Assembly: GCA_030679955.1 (NCBI GenBank)
Contig: JAUXSF010000012.1
Span: 22,498 to 86,497 of the forward strand
DNA from: Chlamydiales bacterium
GTDB taxonomy: Bacteria; Chlamydiota; Chlamydiia; Chlamydiales; JAJFMA01
DNA: 64,000 nucleotides
Direction: 5' to 3'
Positions within the stretch are counted from its first letter, which is position 1. The number at the start of each line of letters is the position of its first letter. The notes under the pieces are model-generated. The model did no database searches. It saw only the letters and a program-made list of their open reading frames with translations, and was not told the DNA's origin. A program made the position numbers and the translations under genes. Below, piece after piece: positions 46,200 to 55,994 of the stretch.

Positions 46200-49100
46200 A
46201 TGATTTCTGCCTTTTTTATCGAACGTCCAGTTTTTGCAGCGGTTATTTCTATTCTGATAACATTGGCGGGCATCGCTAGCTTCATAAAGCTGCCTGTCGA
46301 GCAGTACCCCAATATTACTCCTCCGCTTGTTATGGTAACGGCAAACTATATGGGTGCTGATGCCACCACGGTAGCTAACCTCGTTGCTGCTCCGATTGAG
46401 CAGCAGGTAAACGGCGTGGAAAACATGATCTACATGTACTCACAGAATGCCTCTTCCGGCACTATGGCACTTTCGGTTTACTTTGACATTGGCACCAATC
46501 CCGACCAAGCGCAGATTAACGTGCAAAACCGCGTGAGCTTGGCGCTTCCACAGCTACCTCAAGAAGTGCAAAAAGTCGGCGTGACGGTTCAGAAGCAATC
46601 TCCAAACATTCTACTGATTGTAGCGCTACAATCAACCGATCCGCGCTTCGATGAGATCTTCTTAAGTAACTATGCCACGTTGAATATTCAAGACGAGTTG
46701 TTACGCGTAAATGGCGTTAGCGAAGCCAACATTATTGGCGATCGAACCTATGCGATGCGCCTATGGCTTAAGCCCGATCGTATGGCTCAGCTCGAACTAA
46801 CCACGCAAGATCTCTCCAATGCAATCAGAGAGCAAAATGCTCAATTTGCTGTCGGCCAGATTGGCCAAGCGCCCACTCCAAAGCCCGTAACGATGAACTT
46901 CCCAGTCACCACGTTGGGACGCCTAACCGATCCCTCACAGTTTGATGAGATCATTCTTCGCGCCAATCTTGATGGCTCAGAAGTCTTAATGCAAGATGTC
47001 GCTCGTGCAGAACTAGGTGCTCAGGATTATAGTGTAGTCGGCACCTTAGATGGTAAAACTGCCACCCTAGTCGCTGTGTACTTGCAGTATGGCGCTAACG
47101 CTCTAGAAGTGGCAGAAGCTGTGAAAAAGTCTATGGAGAAGATGGCCGAGAACTTCCCTGCGGGCATTGAGTATTCCATTCCTTACGACACTACAAAATT
47201 TATCAAAATATCCATCGCCGAAGTCGAACGCACGATCTTAGAAGCCGCTGTATTAGTCGTGATTGTTGTGTTGGTCTTTTTGCAGAACCTTAGAGCCACG
47301 ATCGTTCCCGTAGTAGCCATGACCGTATCGATCATAGGCACTTTTGCCGGCATGTACATGCTGGACTTTTCTCTCAACATGCTAACCTTGTTCGGGCTGG
47401 TTCTAGCCATAGGTACGGTTGTTGACGACGCCATTGTTGTTGTAGAAAATATTGAACGTAATATGCGTGAGCACGCCCTTCCGCCTATTGAGGCAGCTAA
47501 GTTAGCGATGGAAGAAGTAACAGGCCCAGTCATCGCCATCGTCTTCGTCTTATGCGCTGTCTTTATCCCTGTAGCATTCCTAGGAGGTATTGCGGGACAG
47601 CTTTATCAGCAGTTCGCTATCACCATCGCTATCTCTGTCATGATCTCGGGCATTGTTGCTATTACATTCAGCCCAGCGCTATCCGCCTTGTTGCTAAAGC
47701 TACGAGATAGGCCATCGCGCTTTACTCTCATGTTTAATAGTGTTTTTGATGTCATCACCAATCATTACATTCGCTACGCCAGATGGTTGATTCATCATCC
47801 TAAATTAGGAATGTTAAGCTTCGCTGGTGTTTTAGCAGCCATTTACGCTCTCTTTCAGGTCGTGCCGGGCAGCTTTGTACCGGACGAAGACCAAGGCTAC
47901 ATTATTGCCATGAGCATCATGCCCGATGCCTCAAGTGTGGATAGAACCTACCAAGTCGACCAAGAAATCCTAAGAATTGCTAATGAAGATCCAAGTATCG
48001 ATCATCTGGTCTCGTTCAGTGGCTTTAGCTTTATCGACGGTGTTAACCGTTCAACGTATGGTAGCGACTTCATCGTCCTTAAAGACTGGGCTAAACGCGA
48101 AAAACCCTCTGAATTTGCCGATGCTATTCGGCAACGCTTAACCAAGCAGTTCTCCGCCATCCCACAGGGTGTTGTTGTAGGCTTTAATCCTCCGGCTATC
48201 CAAGGCTTAGGTACAGTGGGCGGATTCGAGTTTTGGATACAAAACCGTAGCGAACGCACCGTGGCAGAGATGGAAGCAATTGTACAGGACTTTATCGCCA
48301 AGGCTAGCAAAAGACCGGAGTTGGCAGGCCTGACAACCTCCTTCCAAGCTAATAACATGCAGCTATACATCGATCTAGACAGGAATAAGGCACGCAGCCT
48401 CGGTCTAAATATATCTGATGTCTATGAAACGCTACAAGTTCAGCTGGGCGCCTTGTACGTTAACGACTTTAACAAGTTTGGACGCGTGTACCAAGTGATC
48501 ATGCAGGCAGAACCTAGCTATAGAAGTTCCCTACAAGGTATTGGTGAGATGTATGTTAAAGGCAAAGAAGGTAACATGATCCCCCTTACCTCCGTTGTCT
48601 CTACCAAATTCATCACCGGCCCAACGCTTCTAAGCCGCTTCAATGGATTCATTGCAGCCAAAATTAACGGTAACTCAGGCGCTGGCTATAGCTCCGGTGA
48701 AGCTATGAACGCTCTCGAACATGTGGCTCGAGAAGTCCTGCCCGATGATATGACCTTCGCATGGAGCGGACAAAGCTACCAAGAAAGAGCTTCAAGCGGT
48801 GCTGCAACAATAATTCTTCTAGCTGGTTTAGTTGTGGTATTTTTGATATTGGCTGCTCTTTACGAACGATGGTCACTACCTGTAGCTATCCTGTTAGCGG
48901 TGCCATTTGGTATTTTGGGCGCCTTGCTGGCCACATGGTTCCGCGGACTTGCCAATGACATCTACTTCCAGGTCGGTTTGGTCACTCTAATCGGCCTATC
49001 GGCCAAAAATGCTATCTTAATCGTGGAATTTGCACTGATTAAAGAACAAGAGGGGCTATCTAGCATCGATGCAGCCCTAGAGGCAGCGCGCCTGCGCTTC

Positions 49101-49301
49101 CGAGCCATCCTAATGACTTCATTAACCTTTATCTTTGGTGTAATCCCTCTTGTTATCAGCACCGGAGCAGGTGCTGCTAGCCGTCACGCCGTTGGCACAG
49201 GCGTTTTAGGCGGAATGATAGGCGCCACTGCCCTTGCCATTTTCTTTGTGCCATTGTTCTATGTTTTAATTCAGGGTTGGACACAAAGGAAGCAGTCATG
49301 A
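46200..49301 (+). CDS. RND efflux permease (AcrB/MexB-like)
   Basis: 1033 aa with 'FFIERPVFAAVISILI' N-terminus and a 12-TM HAE1 architecture. Confidence 0.95.
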   Translation: MISAFFIERPVFAAVISILITLAGIASFIKLPVEQYPNITPPLVMVTANYMGADATTVANLVAAPIEQQVNGVENMIYMYSQNASSGTMALSVYFDIGTNPDQAQINVQNRVSLALPQLPQEVQKVGVTVQKQSPNILLIVALQSTDPRFDEIFLSNYATLNIQDELLRVNGVSEANIIGDRTYAMRLWLKPDRMAQLELTTQDLSNAIREQNAQFAVGQIGQAPTPKPVTMNFPVTTLGRLTDPSQFDEIILRANLDGSEVLMQDVARAELGAQDYSVVGTLDGKTATLVAVYLQYGANALEVAEAVKKSMEKMAENFPAGIEYSIPYDTTKFIKISIAEVERTILEAAVLVVIVVLVFLQNLRATIVPVVAMTVSIIGTFAGMYMLDFSLNMLTLFGLVLAIGTVVDDAIVVVENIERNMREHALPPIEAAKLAMEEVTGPVIAIVFVLCAVFIPVAFLGGIAGQLYQQFAITIAISVMISGIVAITFSPALSALLLKLRDRPSRFTLMFNSVFDVITNHYIRYARWLIHHPKLGMLSFAGVLAAIYALFQVVPGSFVPDEDQGYIIAMSIMPDASSVDRTYQVDQEILRIANEDPSIDHLVSFSGFSFIDGVNRSTYGSDFIVLKDWAKREKPSEFADAIRQRLTKQFSAIPQGVVVGFNPPAIQGLGTVGGFEFWIQNRSERTVAEMEAIVQDFIAKASKRPELAGLTTSFQANNMQLYIDLDRNKARSLGLNISDVYETLQVQLGALYVNDFNKFGRVYQVIMQAEPSYRSSLQGIGEMYVKGKEGNMIPLTSVVSTKFITGPTLLSRFNGFIAAKINGNSGAGYSSGEAMNALEHVAREVLPDDMTFAWSGQSYQERASSGAATIILLAGLVVVFLILAALYERWSLPVAILLAVPFGILGALLATWFRGLANDIYFQVGLVTLIGLSAKNAILIVEFALIKEQEGLSSIDAALEAARLRFRAILMTSLTFIFGVIPLVISTGAGAASRHAVGTGVLGGMIGATALAIFFVPLFYVLIQGWTQRKQS

Positions 49302-50725
49302 TCGGAAAGATTGGACGCCTATGCTTCTCCATTGTTCTACTCTCCACAACATGCTGTAACCTGGCACCACGCTATTTCCGCCCTCATATTGATTTCCCAG
49401 AACAATGGTATCGCGACCATTGTATCAATGTGAGCGATTATAACATCCGCTGGTGGGAAGATTTTGGTGATCCCGTTCTTACATGCCTAATCAAAGAGGC
49501 TTTAAGCTATAATCCAGACCTCTATCTCGCTACTGAACGTCTATGTGAGTTCTATGCTAAGTTTCGCATCACTGTTGCAGACCGCCTGCCATATATCACA
49601 GGCAATTTCAACGTTGTGAAGCAACAGCTCTCAGCCTCCATAGCCCCTCTAGAAGGTCAGTCGCGGATTCAAGATACTTTTATGCTGTTTTCCGCGGCAA
49701 CCTGGGAGATGGACCTGTGGGGTCAACTAGAAAATCGATCCGTAGCTGCTTGGAACCAATGGCTAGCGCAGTCTCATGCACGCCGATCAGTCATTCTAAC
49801 TTTAGTCTCCACAGTAGCTATAGAATACCTGCGTCTGCGAGAATTTGATAGACAGCTAGAAATCGCCATAGAAACTCTTACCTCGCGGGAAGAATCCCTT
49901 GAGCTGGCACAGCTTCGCTATGAAGGAGGACTCACCAGCGAACTTGAAGTGCGACAAGCAGAATCAGAAGTAGGCACTGCGGCGGCGGCTGTAGTGCGTT
50001 TTAAGCTATTTATTGCGCACTCAGAGGATCTTATTAGCGTGCTAACCGGAAGCTCGCCACACGCCATTGAACGAGGTCTCACGTTAGAACAGTTAGCGAC
50101 AGACCAACCGATACCCGCAGGCATCCCAGCTAGAATCGTTTATCAACGACCCGATATCCAGAAAGCTGATGCCGAGTTAGTAGCAGCAGGAGCTCTCGTC
50201 GGTAGTGCCAAAGCTAACCTATTTCCAAACATTCAGCTGACTGGCAATATCGGACAACAGAGTCAGCAGCTTAAAAACCTGTTCACAGATCCTTCCACAG
50301 CATGGGCCATCGGCGCCAACATCATGCAGATTTTTTATGATGGAGGCAAAACTTGCGCCGAAATCCAGGCAGCAAGCTCCATACGCATGCAAGCTGTTTA
50401 TAACTTCCAATCGGTGGTACTTAATGCCCTCAGAGAAGTAGAAGATGCTTTAGTCGCCCATCAGCTAGCCATTGAACTTGTTGGTGTACAAGCCGACCGT
50501 GTTGTCGCTCTACAGTCATACCTGCAGCTTGCCACCCTGCAATATGACAACGGACAAACAGACTACTTAAACGTCTTGGACGCCGAACGACAGCTCTTTG
50601 CAGCGGAACTTGATCTAGCCTCAGCCCAGTCCAACGTGCTGCTAACTAGAGTAAGAATCTACAAAGCCCTCGGTGGCGATTGGGTCGATCTGACCGAAGA
50701 TGAACTCGACTGCTATTACGATTAG
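49298..50725 (+). CDS. Outer membrane factor lipoprotein (NodT/OprM family)
   Basis: ATG 49298 overlaps the pump stop (ATGA). Lipobox-like 'LLSTTCC' and duplicated alpha-helical/beta-barrel OEP repeats. Confidence 0.88.
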   Translation: MIGKIGRLCFSIVLLSTTCCNLAPRYFRPHIDFPEQWYRDHCINVSDYNIRWWEDFGDPVLTCLIKEALSYNPDLYLATERLCEFYAKFRITVADRLPYITGNFNVVKQQLSASIAPLEGQSRIQDTFMLFSAATWEMDLWGQLENRSVAAWNQWLAQSHARRSVILTLVSTVAIEYLRLREFDRQLEIAIETLTSREESLELAQLRYEGGLTSELEVRQAESEVGTAAAAVVRFKLFIAHSEDLISVLTGSSPHAIERGLTLEQLATDQPIPAGIPARIVYQRPDIQKADAELVAAGALVGSAKANLFPNIQLTGNIGQQSQQLKNLFTDPSTAWAIGANIMQIFYDGGKTCAEIQAASSIRMQAVYNFQSVVLNALREVEDALVAHQLAIELVGVQADRVVALQSYLQLATLQYDNGQTDYLNVLDAERQLFAAELDLASAQSNVLLTRVRIYKALGGDWVDLTEDELDCYYD

Positions 50726-50770
50726 TCATTTCTTGCACGAGATGCAGCCTCTTGCATTGTGGAAAGAAGC

Positions 50771-50817
50771 TGAGAGAACAAAAAACACTACCACTTTAGG
50801 CAGTAGTGTTTCTCTCA
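50771..50817. repeat. Hairpin downstream of the OMF gene, related to the one at 53222
   Basis: 'tgagaga..aacactac' pairs with 'gtagtgtt tctctca'. Shares the 'aaaaacactacc...ttctctca' string with 53243-53281. There is no U-tract. Confidence 0.45.
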
Positions 50818-50880
50818 CCGCCGTTTCCTATTAAGCATGCGGCTTAGGCAGCGCTTATCGCGCATGGCAGGCTACACAGG

Positions 50881-51313
50881 CATACGCATCATAACCAACT
50901 AGATCCCATATGTTTGCATGGCATAAAACCTTCTCTATAGCGGTTTGAACAAGATTTTGAGCTAATGCTGCGAAGCAGCAATTCTTATCTTAGCCCCTAG
51001 CCATACCCGAAGAATGAGGGTTGGCTAGGGGTGGAAATATCAATATCATCGCGCTGCGAAGCATCGCGTCTACGCGTCTAGTGGAAGCCATCTTTGCAGA
51101 ATAATACGTTACCAAGACGCGGTGCTCCGCAACGCGAACGTTTTTTGATCTTACCCACAGCCAATCCTCCTGCGTCGGGTATGGCAATGGGCTAAGGTAA
51201 GAATTGCTGCTTCGCAGCATTAGCTGCAGAAGACACTCCAACCTATAAAATATGCGTAACCTGTTGAAGTACAATATTTGCAATGCATACTTATAATTAG
51301 GTTGATGCGCATG
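50881..51313. mobile_element. MITE-like element copy 2 (both TIRs, long-hairpin cargo in inverted orientation relative to copy 1)
   Basis: Left TIR 'catacgcatcataaccaac' (degenerate) and right TIR 'aattaggttgatgcgcatg' (51295-51313). The 11-bp direct repeat 'ggctacacagg' occurs at 50870-50880 and 51317-51327. The cargo spans 50960-51230. Confidence 0.7.
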
Positions 51314-51330
51314 CCGGGCTACACAGGAGC

Positions 51331-53115
51331 CTAGCGCGAATATCTGTTGAAACGTCCTGATGCGTTTACTTTCATGTTCCATTTATCATCGCGGCGATAT
51401 TTTTCATGAGGAGCGGGGCTGTAGCCGATTACCATGTCCAACAGATGCTCCCTAGCCCACTTCAAACCTTCCGGGATTGGTGGGTTGTAACCCACCGGCA
51501 CTATCCATTCCCGAAGATTTCGCAGATCTAATCCCTCGGGGAGTAGCTGATCATAACCGAACGGCATTATCCACTCCCTAAGGTTACGCAGATCTAAGCC
51601 CGCTGGGAGTGGGTGGTTATAGTTAAGGTGCATATGCCAGCTCCGCAGACTCTTCAAATTCAAACCTGCCGGAAGTGGGTGGTTATAGTGGCCTATTGCC
51701 CAGGTTCGAGCGTCCATATTCATACCACGATCTAGGGGAAATAAACTGAAATGGCGCCAACCCATTGTCCAGTTTGGGCGAATTCCAGGAGGAGTTAGAG
51801 TGTTATGACTACAACCCATTATCCACACCTGAAGATTACTCAGATCTAATCCTGCAGGAAGTGGGTGGCTATAGCTGTGTTCCATTACCCAGGTCTTCAA
51901 GCTACTTAAATCCAAGTCAGCAGGAAGTGGCTGGTTATAAAGAAAGCTCATGTGCCATGTACAAAGATTACCCAGATCTAAGCCCTCGTGAAGTGGGTGG
52001 TTATACGTGCGGCTCATTCCCCAGGTCCGAAGGCTGCTCAATTTCAAGCCTACAGGGAGTGGATCGTCATAGAATTCACCCATAACCCAGTTTTGAAGGT
52101 TACCTAGATCTAAGCCCGCAGGAAGTGGGTGACGATAGGCTTTACTCATAACCCATTCCTCAAGGTTGCTTAGATCTGAGTCTGCAGGGAGCGGGTGACT
52201 ATAGGCTTTACCCATATACCAAGTCTTTAGCCTTGCAAGTACTTCATTTGGAATAGGAGTATTGAAGTATTTCGGCAAAATTAACTCTCTTACACTGGAA
52301 CCAATAGTAATCTGTAAAATTTCTTGATCACTTAAAGTCGAATCTTTAAAATTTAAATGTTTCAGATTGGGTAAAATTTCGGATTTAAAATTAGGCAAAT
52401 TTATTATGTTGGCAGAGAGAGGCAGTTTTCTTCTATTGACTATCTGAGCGATTTGATAGCCGGAAATAATGGGATCATCAATCAACGCTAATTTATCTAT
52501 TAAAGTTTCACCACCTGAACTTGTATAAGTGGTTATGTGGCTTAGTAGTTCAGGGGAAAGATCTATGGGTAACAGCCGTTCAATGAGCTCCTGAATGACA
52601 AAATCTTGCGTCTTTTTTTCAGCACAGGATTCGCGGATACTATGTTTCAGCAAATGAACCGTCGACTTCAAATTTGATAGAGAATGAAATTCATTATTCG
52701 TGAGTACACTTATCCGCTTTTCGGTAAATAAAGATCGATTCTTCCACAACAACCTACCAATTTGCTTAACGTCATCTTCGTTTAACTTATTATCATGGTC
52801 TATTATGTTACCTTCATTTAACGAATTCAAGGCCTTATTAGTAAGGGGAAGGAGTTGATCATGTAGCCTGTCAAAGAAATTAGGAAGATTAGTCAACATC
52901 GTTATATACTGTGCGCAGCATTCCAGAAGAATATGGCGATCCTCATCTTGATAACTCTCGTTTAGTTGCTTTGAAATGATGCGCATCCTAGCTGTTAAGG
53001 CTGCGGGTGTATGGTTTAAACTTAGATTGTCTGAAGAGTTCTTACCTATAGCTTGCTCGTACTTTTGAACATCGTTACATGCTTGGAAAAAATGATTAAT
53101 AATATTGACTGCCAC
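51331..53115 (-). CDS. Repeat protein with about 13 tandem 20-aa FNIP/LRR-like repeats
   Basis: 594 aa. Residues ~296-556 are 20-aa units of consensus 'L.NL..W.M...YNHPLPAGLD'. Residues ~232-295 are looser LRR-like units. The N-terminal 230 aa were not recognised. Confidence 0.75.
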   Translation of the reverse strand: MAVNIINHFFQACNDVQKYEQAIGKNSSDNLSLNHTPAALTARMRIISKQLNESYQDEDRHILLECCAQYITMLTNLPNFFDRLHDQLLPLTNKALNSLNEGNIIDHDNKLNEDDVKQIGRLLWKNRSLFTEKRISVLTNNEFHSLSNLKSTVHLLKHSIRESCAEKKTQDFVIQELIERLLPIDLSPELLSHITTYTSSGGETLIDKLALIDDPIISGYQIAQIVNRRKLPLSANIINLPNFKSEILPNLKHLNFKDSTLSDQEILQITIGSSVRELILPKYFNTPIPNEVLARLKTWYMGKAYSHPLPADSDLSNLEEWVMSKAYRHPLPAGLDLGNLQNWVMGEFYDDPLPVGLKLSSLRTWGMSRTYNHPLHEGLDLGNLCTWHMSFLYNQPLPADLDLSSLKTWVMEHSYSHPLPAGLDLSNLQVWIMGCSHNTLTPPGIRPNWTMGWRHFSLFPLDRGMNMDARTWAIGHYNHPLPAGLNLKSLRSWHMHLNYNHPLPAGLDLRNLREWIMPFGYDQLLPEGLDLRNLREWIVPVGYNPPIPEGLKWAREHLLDMVIGYSPAPHEKYRRDDKWNMKVNASGRFNRYSR

Positions 53116-53221
53116 TTAGAAATCTCCGAATTTAAATGAAATTAATGACTAAGTGTAACAGATCTAATTATATTCTTCATACTAAATAATATCTGATAAA
53201 CAAAAAAAAGAGTCCTTCTCT

Positions 53222-53300
53222 AGTTCGGAAACAAGGATGATGAAAAAAACACTACCGCTGTAAGCGGTAGGCTTCTCTCAGCATCGCTTTTTTCCGAACT
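53222..53300. repeat. Imperfect palindrome in the divergent promoter region
   Basis: Outer arms 'agttcggaaa' and 'tttccgaact' are perfect over 10 bp. The inner stem is 'ctaccgct'/'agcggtag'. Confidence 0.6.
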
Positions 53301-53364
53301 AGAGATACTACAATGTCCATTTCTGTCCTTGAACATATTGTCTATTAGTCGTATCCTGCTAAGT

Positions 53365-54078
53365 ATGAACGGAAAAACTATTTTAATTACCGGTGCGGGT
53401 CGCGGCTTAGGCCGTGCTACTGCCATCGCCCTATCCAAACTAGGCGCTCGACTAATCCTCCTAGCGCGCACTGCGGAACAGCTGCAACAAACCCAGTCCA
53501 TGCTGCACAGCCAGGACGCTATTCTAATTCCGACAGATATCTCTTCTGCAGTCCAAGTTCAGGAAATGGCTAACCAGCTCTCTAACTCGGTAGGTCAAAT
53601 CGATGTTTTGGTTAATAATGCCGCCGGTTGGTACCAAGGTGGCTTACATGATATCGATCCAGTAAACCTTGGCGACCTTATCTCCACGACCATTACCGGC
53701 ACCATTTTGATAACTAAATATTTGATGCCGCTTCTGGAAAAGGGTTCCTCGCCACACATCGTCAACATTGTATCTATTGCAGGCCTTCCATGCCGTAATA
53801 TGGACCCAAGCACATCCTCCACCGCATACCATGCAGCAAAATTCGGTCAGGCGGGTTTTAGTGAATCCTTGCGTGCAGAGGTCAAAGATAAAGGCATCAG
53901 AGTATCTACCCTTTATCCCGGAGCTTTTGCCTCCGATTCAACGCTAGATGACACCGATGCAGATATTATTTCACGATATGGAATGGGAGTGATGGGAGTC
54001 CGGGATGTTGTCGAATCCATCCTTTTCACGCTGTCGCGTTCGTCCGTGGCGACAATACAATCACTCGTTATCGCTTAG
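53365..54078 (+). CDS. SDR family oxidoreductase
   Basis: 'KTILITGAGRGLGRA' (TGxxxGxG), 'NNAA' and 'YHAAK' (YxxxK). Start at ATG 53365 rather than TTG 53329. Confidence 0.88.
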   Translation: MNGKTILITGAGRGLGRATAIALSKLGARLILLARTAEQLQQTQSMLHSQDAILIPTDISSAVQVQEMANQLSNSVGQIDVLVNNAAGWYQGGLHDIDPVNLGDLISTTITGTILITKYLMPLLEKGSSPHIVNIVSIAGLPCRNMDPSTSSTAYHAAKFGQAGFSESLRAEVKDKGIRVSTLYPGAFASDSTLDDTDADIISRYGMGVMGVRDVVESILFTLSRSSVATIQSLVIA

Positions 54079-54487
54079 ATGGCGAACGCAAGTTTAGCAT
54101 TCCTCCAAACCAGGCATAGGCCTGTCCGGCCTCCGCAAAGAACGCAGTTTCTAAACGCTTGTTATCATACTTCTTGATAACGCGTTGTACCGACATCAGA
54201 GTCACAGGCAGGGTGGGCTTCAAAAACGCTAGCTTGCGGATACCCACTAAAAGCATACGCGGGTAGAAGGTGGTTTCAATCCACTTTTGATCTTCTATAG
54301 AAATGATATGCATATCTCGCAAATCGCTTAGCCATCTTTTAGCATGCACTTTGATTCCTAGCTCAATACCTTTGAGCAGGCCCTTTCGAAACTCGGCACT
54401 GGGAACATAGCCATGCCAAACAGTGTGGATGCACTGCTGACTTTCCTGCCAAGACACAGTAACGTACTTAGACTCGAAGTATTTCAT
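54068..54487 (-). CDS. Hypothetical protein
   Basis: 139 aa ORF with SD-like 'GGGGG' upstream. Its 3' end overlaps the convergent SDR gene by 11 nt. No family recognised. Confidence 0.5.
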   Translation of the reverse strand: MKYFESKYVTVSWQESQQCIHTVWHGYVPSAEFRKGLLKGIELGIKVHAKRWLSDLRDMHIISIEDQKWIETTFYPRMLLVGIRKLAFLKPTLPVTLMSVQRVIKKYDNKRLETAFFAEAGQAYAWFGGMLNLRSPSKR

Positions 54488-54620
54488 ATGCGCCCCCTGA
54501 TGTCATCATAACATTATTTGACAAAACAACCTAAATTGCTACAATTTAACTGATTACGTCTCCTGTATCTCCATAATTATAATTTAACTTATATAGAACA
54601 CTTCAGTCGAAAGGAAATCG

Positions 54621-55994
54621 ATGCGTATTGGTTTGCTCTTGCTTCTATCAATTTTTTCAGTGCCAGTAGGAGTGCAGGGATCCTGCTGTGGGCTACCTTT
54701 ATGCCCAGATTCAAAATGGGTCGGGCGCCCTAATGTTAAACCCTTTCAGCCCACAGATTGCACCAAAGATGATCAGGGTCCGTTAAACGCTGTTGACCTC
54801 TTGGATATTGCTCTCACCAATAACCCGTTAACGGAGAAAACGTGGAGAGATGCCCGCGCAGCATGTTGGAATGTCGGCATTGCTAAAAGCGCCTATTACC
54901 CAACGGTAACGGGATCCCAAATTCTGGATGCACAGGCTATCTACGGCCAAGCCGGCGCGGCGCTAGCTCGTGGCCGCACACAATCCCTGCTCAGTGAAAT
55001 CACTATCACATATCTCCTGTTAGATTGGGGAGGACGCGATGCAACCGTCGCCACAGCATCCCACGCGCTAAGATCTGCCAATTGGACACACAATCGCAAT
55101 CTTCAAGATGTGATGATTACCACCCTTCGCGCCTACTATGACTATGTTTATGCCAATGGCTTAGTTAAGGCGCGCGAATCTGATGTGGAAGATGCTGAAA
55201 AGTCCTTCATGGCCGCGGATCAGCAATATCAAGTTGGAGTTTCCTCTCGCGTAGATTCTCTGCAAGCTCGCTCAAACCTTGCTAGCGCACATATCAACCT
55301 GGCAGTAGCTCAAGGACGTGAAAGAGGGACGCACGGCCAAATGGCTGCAGCACTAGGCTGGCCAATAGATGCGTGCTTTGAGGTAAGCATGTATCCCGAA
55401 AATTTACCCATGGACCGCATAGAGGAACAGGTTCATTGCCTTCTCGATGCCGCTAGAGACCTACGTCCTGACCTTGATGCTGCCTACAGTGACTATTTGG
55501 CAGCGCGAGCGAAAATTCAAACCGAAGTCTCAGCCGCCATGCCCACGCTAACGTTAGCGGGCTTCGCTCAACGCACCACCTTTTTTGATGATGTACAGTT
55601 CAGCGGATCGACTCAGGAAGGTCAGCTCCAGCTAAACATGCCAATTTTTGCCGGAGGGTTATATGTCAGCAGGATTAATAAATCTAGAGAGGTCGCTAGC
55701 AGTATTAAAGCAGCATGGCGAGTAAAAGAGATCAACGCACAGCTAGAAGTCTGGCAAGCCTACTATACCTACACAACAGCTGTTGAAACACTGCGCTATA
55801 CCGCGGATTTCTTAAAGTTCGCTCAGGAAGCCTATGACGCGGCGATGGAAGGCTACCAAGTTGGCGCTAACTCGATCCTAGATGTCCTGACAGCACAAAC
55901 AAACCTATCTATAGCCCGTGCACAATACTTACAAGCCAGGACCACACTAATGGTTTCAATCGCAAATATCGCCTACGCTGTGGGTACACTATGA
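54621..55994 (+). CDS. TolC family outer membrane efflux protein
   Basis: 457 aa with a signal peptide and two OEP repeats. First gene of an OMF-adaptor-pump operon with 4-nt overlaps. Confidence 0.85.
   Translation: MRIGLLLLLSIFSVPVGVQGSCCGLPLCPDSKWVGRPNVKPFQPTDCTKDDQGPLNAVDLLDIALTNNPLTEKTWRDARAACWNVGIAKSAYYPTVTGSQILDAQAIYGQAGAALARGRTQSLLSEITITYLLLDWGGRDATVATASHALRSANWTHNRNLQDVMITTLRAYYDYVYANGLVKARESDVEDAEKSFMAADQQYQVGVSSRVDSLQARSNLASAHINLAVAQGRERGTHGQMAAALGWPIDACFEVSMYPENLPMDRIEEQVHCLLDAARDLRPDLDAAYSDYLAARAKIQTEVSAAMPTLTLAGFAQRTTFFDDVQFSGSTQEGQLQLNMPIFAGGLYVSRINKSREVASSIKAAWRVKEINAQLEVWQAYYTYTTAVETLRYTADFLKFAQEAYDAAMEGYQVGANSILDVLTAQTNLSIARAQYLQARTTLMVSIANIAYAVGTL

Noticed and set aside
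50990-51382. 130-aa ORF across MITE copy 2, plus the ORFs at 11755-11937 and 11903-12112 across copy 1.
   Set aside because: They are translations of the long-hairpin cargo and flanking repeats. The two 'paralogs' owe their similarity to the DNA repeat, and the frame is not preserved between copies.
51765-52085. 106-aa plus-strand ORF inside the FNIP/LRR-like repeat gene.
   Set aside because: It is antisense to the repeat array and inherits the periodicity from the 60-bp DNA repeats. The minus-strand frame is far longer and has a coherent repeat consensus.
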